64,000 bases of DNA from Chloroflexota bacterium (GCA_038040345.1 JBBPIQ010000001.1:645927-709926), one strand, 5' to 3'. Shown: positions 1 through 8,188, numbered from the stretch's first letter. Notes: generated from the letters alone by a model not told the origin. Made by a program: numbers and translations.

Positions 1-45
1 GCTGACGCACGCGATAGACGGCGCGGGCCACGCGCGACCAGTCGG

Positions 46-924
46 TCACTGCTTTGTCCGCGCGGCTGCCTCCTGGCGGTCCGCATCCTCTTCCGTCGGC
101 GGGCCGCCCGGCCGCTCGGCGGTGATCTCGTCGGACCAGACGACGAACTTCGCGAGCCGCGCGGCGCCGAATGCGGTCGAGAGCGCGCAGTCCACGGCGT
201 CGCGACCGCGGCCGATCACGACCCGGCCGACGCGCGGGGTGTTGTGGCGCGCGTCGAAGGTGTACCAGCGGCCACCGACATAGGCCTCGAACCAGGTGTG
301 GAAATCCATCGGCACGTCCGGCGGCTCTATCGCGATATCGGGGAGATATCCGAACGTATAGCGGGCGGGGATATTGAGCGCGCGGCAGAAGGCGACCGCG
401 AGCAGGGCGAAGTCGCGGCAAACTCCAGCGCGCTGCTTGTATATGTCGAGGGCGGTCGTGCTCGGGGTGGACGACCCGTTCTTGAACTCAATGTTGTGAT
501 GGACCCAATCACATACGGCCTGGATCCGTGCCCACGTCGGGGGCGTGTCACCGAAGAGCGTCCATGCCTCGTCGAGCAGCTGGTCGGACTCAACGTACCG
601 GCTCGGAAGCGTAAAGACGATCGCCTCGTCGGGAAGGTCCTCGACCGGCTGCAAGACCGCGTGCGGAACGACCGGGTCGGCGGTCTCAGGAATCTCGACC
701 ACGGCGTCGTAACGGACTGTCGTCAGCCCCGGCGGCGCGACGAAGCGCCAACAGATGTTGCCGAAAAGGTCGTGGTACTCGTGGAGCGGGATGTCCGAGG
801 GCTCGATCCACTTCGACTCGTAGACCGCGATGTGCTCGGCGTCCATCCGCGGGCGCACGAGCATGAACATAGGCACGGGAGCTTCTGTCTCCCAGCCGAA
901 CTCACAACCGACCCGTACCCGCAT
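46..924 (-). CDS. transglutaminase-like cysteine protease domain protein
   Basis: Has the transglutaminase-core Cys-His-Asp signature (GVCRDFALLAVAFCRAL...HTWFEAYVGGRWYTFDA). The 446-aa track ORF has a low-complexity Arg/Ser N-terminus that I judged junk; I started at the internal Met (MRVRVGCEF), and ATG at 922-924 (minus) was checked in the sequence. Confidence 0.65.
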   Translation of the reverse strand: MRVRVGCEFGWETEAPVPMFMLVRPRMDAEHIAVYESKWIEPSDIPLHEYHDLFGNICWRFVAPPGLTTVRYDAVVEIPETADPVVPHAVLQPVEDLPDEAIVFTLPSRYVESDQLLDEAWTLFGDTPPTWARIQAVCDWVHHNIEFKNGSSTPSTTALDIYKQRAGVCRDFALLAVAFCRALNIPARYTFGYLPDIAIEPPDVPMDFHTWFEAYVGGRWYTFDARHNTPRVGRVVIGRGRDAVDCALSTAFGAARLAKFVVWSDEITAERPGGPPTEEDADRQEAAARTKQ

Positions 925-967
925 ACGCCCCAAGTCTAGGGAGCCGCGTCGCGACCCCAGCGTCGCG

Positions 968-2122
968 TCACTTCTTGAGCGGAAGTGCGAGCGCGAACAC
1001 GCTGCCGGCGTCGGAGCTCGTTTCGAGCCAGAGCCGTCCACCATGACGCTTCGCCAGCTGCTGGCTGATGTGCAGACCGAGGCCGGTGCCGTGAACGTCG
1101 GACGTCCTCGATGTCCGATAGAACGGCGTGAAGAGCATGGAGCGTTCTGCTGCCGGCACGCCGACCCCGTGGTCCGCCACCCGAACGTGCGCCTCGGCAC
1201 CGTGCACCGAAAGCGAGATTTCGATGGGAGCCTTCTCGGCGCTGTACTTGATCGCGTTGTCCAACAGGTTGTCCAGGATCTCGGCGATCCGCTTGGGATC
1301 TCCGCGCACCGCGACGGCGGCGCGCGGCTGCTCGAACGTGATGCGCGCGGTCTCACCGTACTGGTGCCTGGCCATCGCCGCTGCAACGGCGCCGACGAAA
1401 TCGAAGGCCACGACGTTGAGGCTCAGCGCGTTTGAAGCGAGGCGCGACTGGTTCAGGAGCTCGGAGATCATCCGGGCCATGCGATCCATTTGCGCCAGGG
1501 CGCTGTCGATCGCCCCCCGCTCGCGCGCCGGATCCTGTCCGATGTAGCGGCGCGCCAGTTGTGTTTGCCCCCTCATGACGGTCAACGGCGCGCGCAGCTC
1601 GTGGACGACCGTTGCGAAGAGATCGGTAGCGGGCCAGTCGGCGACAAGGTGCTGAACGATGTCCGGAAACACTTTGATCCCCTCGTCACCCGGTTCGGTC
1701 CTGGTCTCCGCGCCCTGCTCTGCCGCCGGCCGCTCCACGACGCTCTTTACGGTCGCAAGGAACTCTTCGACGACGAACGGTTTGCCCACGATCCCCGCGA
1801 AGCTCGCGGCGCGGCTCCGTTCCGAAGTTCCAGCCCGCGCTTCGGCGAGGTCGTCGTTGTCCGCGCTGAACATCAAGACAGGGAGATCCGGGTGTGCGCG
1901 CCGGATCGCGACCGCGTCGTCCCACGAGCGGCCCTCGCCGCTGCTACGGACTTCGCCGTCGAGGATCACGAGGCGAGGTTGCCACCGCTCGACGGCGGCG
2001 CCGATTTGCGCGTGGTCGGCGATCGTCACCGGCCGATAGCCGGCCTCGTCCAGCAGCCCGCCCACGAGCTTGCTCAGATTGACGTCGTCCTCGACGACGA
2101 GCACGTTGTTCGGCGCATCCAT
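968..2122 (-). CDS. hybrid sensor histidine kinase with an N-terminal receiver domain, then HisKA and HATPase_c domains
   Basis: N-terminus is receiver-like (VLVVEDD...LVILDGEV...PVLMFSAD). This is followed by an H-box (VVHELRAPLTVM) and ATPase motifs (DNAIKYS, GTGLGLHISQQLAKRHGG). Confidence 0.85.
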   Translation of the reverse strand: MDAPNNVLVVEDDVNLSKLVGGLLDEAGYRPVTIADHAQIGAAVERWQPRLVILDGEVRSSGEGRSWDDAVAIRRAHPDLPVLMFSADNDDLAEARAGTSERSRAASFAGIVGKPFVVEEFLATVKSVVERPAAEQGAETRTEPGDEGIKVFPDIVQHLVADWPATDLFATVVHELRAPLTVMRGQTQLARRYIGQDPARERGAIDSALAQMDRMARMISELLNQSRLASNALSLNVVAFDFVGAVAAAMARHQYGETARITFEQPRAAVAVRGDPKRIAEILDNLLDNAIKYSAEKAPIEISLSVHGAEAHVRVADHGVGVPAAERSMLFTPFYRTSRTSDVHGTGLGLHISQQLAKRHGGRLWLETSSDAGSVFALALPLKK

Positions 2123-2304
2123 CTCGTCCTCCAGCCAGCCGTACGTCGGCCGGCCCTCCCAGAAGAGCGGCGGGTGTCGCCCCTCCCTCAGCGAGACCCC
2201 ATGCTCGGCTCAAGCGGCCGGGACCGCATGACGATTTCGTAACGTCGGAAAACTGGCCGGTTTTCGGGGACTTTTTGGGGGCCCAGAGGCGAGCGCTAGG
2301 GAGC

Positions 2305-3054
2305 CTAGGTGTCCTCGACGGCGGACGCGCTGACAAATCGATAGCCGGCGCCCGGGACGGTCTCGATGTACCGAGGCTTATGCCAGTCGTTCTGAAGCTT
2401 CGCGCGCAGGGCTCGCACGTGCCGGTCCACGACGTTGCTCTCGATCACGAAGTCGGTGCCCCAAAGCGCGTCGAGGATCTGCTCGCGCGTGAGGGTGCTC
2501 CCGGCGTTGGCGGCGAGAAGGTAGAGGAGTGCCTGCTCGAGCGAAGTCAGGTGCAGCTCGTGCTCTCCGGCGAGCACCTTTCGGTTGAGAACGTCGATCT
2601 CGAGGTCGCCGATGCGCAGCCGCGGGACGAGCTCTCCGGCACTGCCATGTGTCCGACGAATAACGGCGCGTGCGCGCGCGACCAGGTCGTCCGGAACGAA
2701 AGGGATCCCGATGTAATCGTCCGCGCCTCGCTCGAAGGCGTCGAGCTTCCCTCGGAGATCGCTGCGGCGGGTGAGCGCGATCACGCCCATGGGCCCGTGA
2801 TTTCGCGCCTCGTCGACGAGCTGGATCCCGGCGCCGGCCTCGGTGTCGATGTCGACCAGCAGGAGATGGGGCTTCCAGTTCACGATCGAAGCCTTAGCGT
2901 CGTTGACGGTCTCTGTGATTCGGCGGAGGTAATGACCGTGCCGCAGGGTCAGGTCAATCGTGTTCGCCAGTGGCCTGTCACTGATGACCAGGAGCACGCG
3001 GGCCGCTCGCTCAGACCCTTTTGCGGGCGGCGCGGCCGCCCCAGCCTCTGCCAT
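2305..3054 (-). CDS. OmpR/PhoB-family response regulator with a winged-helix domain
   Basis: Receiver domain (RVLLVISDRP...LLLVDID) plus a winged-helix C-terminus (LTSLEQALLYLL...RHVRALRAKL...ETVPGAGYRF). Same strand as the kinase gene next to it. Confidence 0.85.
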   Translation of the reverse strand: MAEAGAAAPPAKGSERAARVLLVISDRPLANTIDLTLRHGHYLRRITETVNDAKASIVNWKPHLLLVDIDTEAGAGIQLVDEARNHGPMGVIALTRRSDLRGKLDAFERGADDYIGIPFVPDDLVARARAVIRRTHGSAGELVPRLRIGDLEIDVLNRKVLAGEHELHLTSLEQALLYLLAANAGSTLTREQILDALWGTDFVIESNVVDRHVRALRAKLQNDWHKPRYIETVPGAGYRFVSASAVEDT

Positions 3055-3063
3055 AACCCCATG

Positions 3064-3636
3064 TTAGGCCCCGCTGTTCTCGTAAATACGCACGCCGAGG
3101 TCGGTGCTTAGCGGGAGCGGCCAGCCAAGGGGATCGCGCCCGACCGCCCGGGGATCGTCGCCATAGCTGCCAAGGAGCACCAGGAGACCCGCGTGAGTGC
3201 CGACCGGCGCCCCGATCCACACCAAACCGACCGGGCGGCTGGCCCCTTGGTCCTCGACGGACCCCTCCGAGAGAGGCGGTCGAGGACGGCCGCCAGCATT
3301 GATACCAGATTCGGTCACGGCGAGGCGGAAGGACGAAGGCGGGCTCTGCGAGCGCTCGGTGATCCTCGGCCCGTAGTGCTTCGGGACTGCCCAGCTGGAG
3401 ACCAATGGTTCGAGAGCCGCGTGTTGCGCCGCATCGGTCTCGGTCGTTTCTCCCACGTGGACTGCCCTGAGCATCGCTACGTCGCGTTGGTCGTCGACGC
3501 TAGTCAGCAGAGGGATGGCGGGTTCGATGCCGTGCGGCGACTCCGCGACGATTCGCGCGGCGGCGCCGTCCACGTCCGCGGCGAGCAGCCGGAACTCCTC
3601 GAGCACGAAGAGATGGATGGGGTTATCGGTAGACAT
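3064..3636 (-). CDS. hypothetical protein; first gene of the putative operon containing the response regulator and histidine kinase
   Basis: A coherent 190-aa ORF with no obvious sequence bias. I chose the start at the internal Met MSTDNPIHLFVLEE. I recognise no domain. Confidence 0.35.
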   Translation of the reverse strand: MSTDNPIHLFVLEEFRLLAADVDGAAARIVAESPHGIEPAIPLLTSVDDQRDVAMLRAVHVGETTETDAAQHAALEPLVSSWAVPKHYGPRITERSQSPPSSFRLAVTESGINAGGRPRPPLSEGSVEDQGASRPVGLVWIGAPVGTHAGLLVLLGSYGDDPRAVGRDPLGWPLPLSTDLGVRIYENSGA

Positions 3637-3667
3637 GTCCCAAACCTTGACCCTCGGCGGCGTCCTT

Positions 3668-3763
3668 GTCATGACCTTGCCGTCACGCCACCGCTAAATG
3701 ACCGATTCGTCATGACTCGAGGCGCTCGCCTTCGTGTATGGGGGGTGACCGAACGGTCATGAC
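3668..3763. promoter_or_regulatory. three copies of the self-complementary 8-mer GTCATGAC (3668-3675, 3709-3716, 3756-3763) in the divergent intergenic region upstream of the ice-binding-like gene
   Basis: Read directly in the sequence: tgtcatgacc, cgtcatgact, ggtcatgaca. The motif has 50% GC, which makes it unusual in this GC-rich DNA. Candidate operator sites. Confidence 0.45.
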
Positions 3764-3837
3764 ACGGGCGACCACACGGTCGACTATTCGGCGCAGACAG
3801 ACACGCCGCGCAGTGGGCGCGCAAGGGAGCATCAAGC

Positions 3838-4836
3838 ATGAACAACTCAAGGGCAATCGTCGCTACGATCGGCATCGCGTTCGTCATTGCGATCGGCGCG
3901 ATGGCAGGCACCGCAGCAAATGCGGCAAACCCGCCCGTCGGCCTCGGAAGCGCCGCAACATACTCGGTGCTCGCCGGCACGCCATCCATCACGAACACTG
4001 GCGCCACCACCATCGACAGAGACGTCGGCATCCACCCCGCAGACTCGATCATAGGATTCCCGCCCGGAATTATCGGCGGAACAGTTCACGCGGGCGACGC
4101 CGTCGCGCTTCAGGCCAAGTCCGACCTCACTGTTGCTTACTTAGATGCGGCGGGCAGACCTGTGACGGCTAACCACTCAGCGCTCGGCGGGCTCACCCTC
4201 GTCGGCGGCGTGTACAACGCCAACGGCGCCACGCTCGGCCTCACGGGCACGCTCACACTCAATGGCCAGGGCGATCCGAACTCCGTCTGGATCTTCCAGG
4301 CCACGTCTGATCTCGTGACGGCATCGACGAGCTCCGTCGTGTTCATCAACGGCGGGAGCCCCTGCAACGTCTTCTGGCAGGTCACGAGCTCAGCGACTCT
4401 GGGATCGGGCTCTCACTTCGTTGGAACGATCCTGGCCCTGGACTCCATCACATTGGCCAATGGCGTCACCGTCAACGGCAGAGCGCTGGCACGGAATGGC
4501 CTGGTCAGTTTGATCAACGACACCTTCATCACGTCCACGTGCAACGCTGCCGCGCCGGTGGTCGTCCCCCCGGGGACGCGGCCACCGTTCACGCCCGGCC
4601 CGACCGCGACACCTGTGCCGGCGCCGATCACCACGTTCACTCCCGCTCCCGTGGTCGCACCCACGGCTGCACCAGTTGCCGCCGTTCCGACCGCTAAGCC
4701 TGCAGCAGTCGCCGGTACGCAACGGCTGCCATCGACGAGCACAAATGACCCGGCAGGTCCGCTCACGATGCTCGGCGTCGCACTGACCGGCATCGGGATC
4801 CTCCTGCTGCGCGGTCGAACGACTCGGCACCTTTAG
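3838..4836 (+). CDS. secreted ice-binding-family (DUF3494) protein with a Pro/Thr/Ala-rich linker and a C-terminal LPSTST + transmembrane + basic-tail sorting signal
   Basis: Signal peptide (IVATIGIAFVIAIGAMAG). The DUF3494 ice-binding-family motifs are present in order: GLGSAATYSVLAG, AYLDAAGRP, GGLTLVGGVY, VWIFQA, NVFWQV, HFVGTILAL...NGRALA. A ribosome-binding site agggag lies 8 nt upstream of ATG 3838. The C-terminus is QRLPSTSTNDPAGPLTMLGVALTGIGILLLRGRTTRHL. Confidence 0.8.
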   Translation: MNNSRAIVATIGIAFVIAIGAMAGTAANAANPPVGLGSAATYSVLAGTPSITNTGATTIDRDVGIHPADSIIGFPPGIIGGTVHAGDAVALQAKSDLTVAYLDAAGRPVTANHSALGGLTLVGGVYNANGATLGLTGTLTLNGQGDPNSVWIFQATSDLVTASTSSVVFINGGSPCNVFWQVTSSATLGSGSHFVGTILALDSITLANGVTVNGRALARNGLVSLINDTFITSTCNAAAPVVVPPGTRPPFTPGPTATPVPAPITTFTPAPVVAPTAAPVAAVPTAKPAAVAGTQRLPSTSTNDPAGPLTMLGVALTGIGILLLRGRTTRHL

Positions 4837-4911
4837 CGAGCCACGCGCGACAGACCGCCAAGCAAAGTCCCGAATCCACGGACTTGCTTGGCGGTCTTGC
4901 ATGACCGTCTG

Positions 4912-4919
4912 GTCATGAC
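4912..4919. promoter_or_regulatory. GTCATGAC palindrome (with a GCATGACC near-copy at 4899-4906) about 30 bp upstream of the YggT gene start
   Basis: The sequence reads gcatgaccgtctggtcatgact. Same motif as upstream of the ice-binding-like gene. Confidence 0.4.
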
Positions 4920-4949
4920 TGGCCGGGGTCCTTGGCCCAGGATTCAGAC

Positions 4950-5342
4950 ATGACAACCTCCCAACCAACAAAGACACCCGCCCCGGCACCGCCTCGTAGC
5001 TCGACGAGCGTGAACGTCCCGGCCGCACCCGCGCGAAACGCTTCGATGTGGACCGCGAGCCGCGTTATCGCGCTGGTGTTCACCGTCATCGAAGTGCTCT
5101 TGCTTGTTCGATTCACGTTCAAGCTTCTGGGAGCGAACGCGGATCAGCCGTTCGTGTCGGCGATCTATGGAATCACCGAGCCGCTCGTCGGCCCGTTCCG
5201 CGGCATCTTCGCCCAGCCCGCGGGCACGCCGGTCGTCGAGATCGCCGCGCTTCTCTCAATCGTCTTCTTCGTACTCGTCGCAGCCCTCATCGTCGCGCTG
5301 GTTCGCGCCTATACCGGCCGACGCGCCGTATCGAACCCGTGA
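4950..5342 (+). CDS. YggT-family membrane protein
   Basis: YggT/Ycf19 signature LLLVRFTFKLLGAN..QPFVSAIYGITEPLVGPFRGIF, followed by a transmembrane helix. ATG 4950 is preferred; the track begins at TTG 4932. Confidence 0.7.
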   Translation: MTTSQPTKTPAPAPPRSSTSVNVPAAPARNASMWTASRVIALVFTVIEVLLLVRFTFKLLGANADQPFVSAIYGITEPLVGPFRGIFAQPAGTPVVEIAALLSIVFFVLVAALIVALVRAYTGRRAVSNP

Positions 5343-5512
5343 TGAGCGACTCGAAGACCGCGCGACCTCGTAACCAGCTCGGGGAGCCGGCGACTACAAC
5401 GCCTGAGGAGACGATCGCCCGGCTCAAGGAGAAGGTCTCCAAGAACCACGGCGCCGCGAATCGCGAACGGATCCAGGCGCAGATCTCACAGGAACGGGCG
5501 CCTTCGGTCTAG
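5342..5512 (+). CDS. small hypothetical protein (56 aa) whose start overlaps the YggT stop (ATGA-type overlap)
   Basis: ATG at 5342 overlaps the YggT TGA at 5340-5342. Hydrophilic product MSDSKTARPRNQ...ERIQAQISQERAPSV. Followed immediately by a strong terminator hairpin. Confidence 0.3.
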   Translation: MSDSKTARPRNQLGEPATTTPEETIARLKEKVSKNHGAANRERIQAQISQERAPSV

Positions 5513-5537
5513 GAACCCCTTAGTCCGGGCGTTAGAA

Positions 5538-5564
5538 AAGAGGGGCGGTCGTTCCGCCCCTCTT
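5538..5564 (+). terminator. rho-independent terminator hairpin
   Basis: Sequence aagaggggcgg-tcgtt-ccgcccctctt: a perfect 11-bp GC-rich stem with a 5-nt loop, followed by the T-rich stretch ccttta. Confidence 0.55.
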
Positions 5565-5795
5565 CCTTTACGCGATGACGAGGCGTCTCAGACGGATGCC
5601 GATGCCTTCACGGTGGATCTCCTTGAGCGAGAACTTTCGGCGTGGGTGTCTTCTCCAAACGGAACGGAATGAGGTCATGAAGGATCCCGAGGGACGTGAG
5701 CGCAAGGCCCACGAGGGCCGCGCCGATCAAGGTGAAGTCCGAACCGAGGAGCTCTGCCACGCTGCCAAAAGTGTGGATGTGCGACCAGCGCGTGC

Positions 5796-5813
5796 CATGA
5801 CGAAAGCGTCATG
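5796..5813. promoter_or_regulatory. palindrome CATGACG-aaag-CGTCATG, a spaced variant of the GTCATGAC motif
   Basis: The sequence reads gccatgacgaaagcgtcatgaaa. It lies in the 670-bp intergenic region upstream of the LPSTS small-protein gene. Confidence 0.35.
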
Positions 5814-6190
5814 AAACGCAGTGACTCCGAGCCTACTGTCGAGCGGTGCTAGATATCTGGTTCGTCGCCGGCATCGCGCTCGGCACCATCGTCACAGGCT
5901 TCTGCGCGATCGGCTCTTTCGATCGCGGTTCCGACAGCGTCCAGCGCCGGTCATGGAACCGCGAGCACGCCGCGCGCAAGCGCGCGCTCCTCGCCTCTCG
6001 CCCGACGATCCGCGCGACCGCTCAGCACACGCCTCCGGGAGCCATCCCCAAGGCGAGCTGACGCCCTTCGCAAGCAAGCGGTGCGTATGAGTTAGCGGCC
6101 CAATTCCGTATGACATCAGAGGAACGAAAGTGTGACGACGCACGCGGTAGTTCCGACGACGATGGACTCGGGAAGAGAAATGGAGTCGTC

Positions 6191-6646
6191 ATGAAATTCG
6201 CCGCGTTGATCGTCGCCGTCATCCTGATGGCGTTCGGTTCTAAACAAGTCGCTGCTGCTGACGTGAGCGTATGTGGCCAGCTCAATGCGTACCAGACCGC
6301 GACGTCGAAGGATGGCAAGCCGCAGAACACAATCCTGTCGCTCAAGACATCTTTGGGGTTCGTCGATTACCAGCTCGTGCTGAACGGAACGGTCCCCGCG
6401 GATCTGGCTCAGAATCCGGCGCTGCCGGAGATCCTCCAGCTAACGGGCCGCACCGTTGAGGGCATCAACACGGTCGCCGATTACACGGTCACGCGAGTCG
6501 CGTCATGTTCGTTGCCGAGCACGAGCACCGCCGCGGCGACGACGGACGCCGGTCTCTTTGGGTCGATCGCGAGCGCTCTAGCCGTCCTGTTCGCTTTCGC
6601 CGGCGCTCTCGTGACCGGCGTGAACCACCGGAAAGCCGCCTCGTAG
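6191..6646 (+). CDS. small secreted protein (151 aa) with a C-terminal LPSTST + transmembrane + basic-tail sorting signal
   Basis: Ribosome-binding site ggag 5 nt upstream of ATG 6191. Signal peptide MKFAALIVAVILMAFGSKQVAAA. The C-terminus is SCSLPSTSTAAATTDAGLFGSIASALAVLFAFAGALVTGVNHRKAAS, with the same LPSTST hexapeptide as the ice-binding-like protein. Confidence 0.6.
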   Translation: MKFAALIVAVILMAFGSKQVAAADVSVCGQLNAYQTATSKDGKPQNTILSLKTSLGFVDYQLVLNGTVPADLAQNPALPEILQLTGRTVEGINTVADYTVTRVASCSLPSTSTAAATTDAGLFGSIASALAVLFAFAGALVTGVNHRKAAS

Positions 6647-6733
6647 CGCGTCACGCATTCAACTAGTACCGCCGTACTGCCCTGTTCGGCTAGTACCCGA
6701 TGCCTTCCCAGCGACACGCCGTTAGTCAGGCGA

Positions 6734-8188
6734 GTGGAAAGCACGCAGACGCAGGCGCCGACGGGCGCCGACGGTCGGCACGAACGCCAGCTGATCGCCG
6801 GTCGCTACCGGCTTGCGTCCTTTCATCGAGGCGACGAGACCACCGAGGTCTGGCGTGCGCTCGACGAATCCACCACCCAGGTCGTCAGTCTCGAGTTCTT
6901 GCGCGACTCCGATCCGGCGGGCAAGGAGCGCTTTCTCGCGGGAGGGCGCCGCTTGGCGTCGGTCCAGCAGCCGTCTGTCATGCGAGTGGCCGCGATCCAC
7001 GACGACCACGACGGGACCTTCATCGTGTTCGAGCACCTTGTCCACATACCCGTACCGCTCGAATGGCTGAAGCCGGCCGTCGAAGCGCCGCTGCCTCTTT
7101 TGAAGGTCGCCGAGCCGACGGCGATAGAGACGCCGCCGGTCGCGTCAGAGGCGGCGGAGCTCGCGGTCGCCGCCCCACCCGATCCCACGGCGGCACCCGG
7201 CGACCATGGACTCAGCTTGTTGCTCTTCGCGCTCCGCTCGCGGGAGCTTTCGCTCATCGACCAGGCTCTTTTACAGGAATCGGCGATCGAGTTCCTCGAC
7301 GTCGTTCTCGCCGAGTTCAAGGCGGTGCGGCTGGACCCAGACTTGGTGCCCGACGCCCGCTCCTTCGTGGTCTCGCTGCTCACGTCGGGGCCGAGACGCG
7401 CCGCCTCCGTCGTCGGGCGGATCGCGACGATTCGCCCGCGTTTCCGAATCGGGACTCCCCGCATGTCACAGCCCAAGCAACCGAAGCAACCCAAACAACC
7501 GAAGGCGGTCGCTGGCCCGTGGCTCAAAGAGACGCCCGTGGCGGAGGCCAAGCCCCTCAAAGTGCCGAAGATGAAGGAACCGCGCGCTCCCCGTGCCGCA
7601 CGCGGACCTGGCATGCGAATCCGGTGGGGCCGCGTGCTCACACGTGGTCTGACGCTCGGTGTCCTCGCGGCCATCCTGGTCTCGCTGCCCCCGGCGATCG
7701 TCGGGAACCTCGGGGGCGTCGCCAACAACGTCGCGAACGTCGCCGGCAACATCGCGGGCCAGGTCAGCTCGACCATCAGCGAGAAGCTCGCGTCGGTCCA
7801 GTCCACACCGGGGCTCCAGCGCGCCAGCTTCGAGCTTCCGCCGCTGAGCGCGTACGGCGCCGCGTTCGAGTCACAGGCCCCGTATCCCCATGCGAGTCCG
7901 AACGGGACGGTCGAGTGGGTCGTCGCGCTCCGCAACACCGGCTCCGTGGGCTGGTACCGCGGGATCGATGGCGCGCAAGCCTCGCTTGCCCTCGCCGACG
8001 GAACCACCGCAGGCGTGCAAACGACGGACTTCGTCGGGCCGGGTCAGCTGGGCTGGTTCGTCGTCCACTTCCCAGCGCCGTCGCAGGCGGGCACCTCGAA
8101 AGTCCGGCTTCTTCCTCGGATCGACGGTCGCGGGTCCCTGCCCGACCTCGGCATCTACGCCACGGTCACGGTGTCGCCGAACCCGTAG
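6734..8188 (+). CDS. membrane protein with a degenerate kinase-like N-terminus lacking the Gly-rich loop, a PKQ repeat linker, one transmembrane helix, and an extracytoplasmic C-terminal domain
   Basis: The N-terminus resembles the N-lobe of Hanks-type Ser/Thr kinases (RYRL...VVSLEFLRD...VMRVAAIHDDHDGTFIVFEHL) but has no glycine loop or catalytic motifs. There is a (QPK)x4 repeat and a TM helix LTLGVLAAILVSLPPAIVG. The overlapping ORFs 6700-8196 (+) and 6823-8007 (-) I judged artefacts. Confidence 0.5.
   Translation: MESTQTQAPTGADGRHERQLIAGRYRLASFHRGDETTEVWRALDESTTQVVSLEFLRDSDPAGKERFLAGGRRLASVQQPSVMRVAAIHDDHDGTFIVFEHLVHIPVPLEWLKPAVEAPLPLLKVAEPTAIETPPVASEAAELAVAAPPDPTAAPGDHGLSLLLFALRSRELSLIDQALLQESAIEFLDVVLAEFKAVRLDPDLVPDARSFVVSLLTSGPRRAASVVGRIATIRPRFRIGTPRMSQPKQPKQPKQPKAVAGPWLKETPVAEAKPLKVPKMKEPRAPRAARGPGMRIRWGRVLTRGLTLGVLAAILVSLPPAIVGNLGGVANNVANVAGNIAGQVSSTISEKLASVQSTPGLQRASFELPPLSAYGAAFESQAPYPHASPNGTVEWVVALRNTGSVGWYRGIDGAQASLALADGTTAGVQTTDFVGPGQLGWFVVHFPAPSQAGTSKVRLLPRIDGRGSLPDLGIYATVTVSPNP
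7469..7504 (+). repeat. tandem 9-bp repeat encoding (PKQ)x4
   Basis: The sequence reads cagcccaagcaaccgaagcaacccaaacaaccgaag. Confidence 0.5.

Noticed and set aside
6655-6700. Direct repeat CTAGTACC (two copies, 27 bp apart) upstream of the 6734 gene
   Set aside because: Only two short copies with no palindromic character. Possibly -35/-10-region coincidence. Too weak to call a regulatory site.
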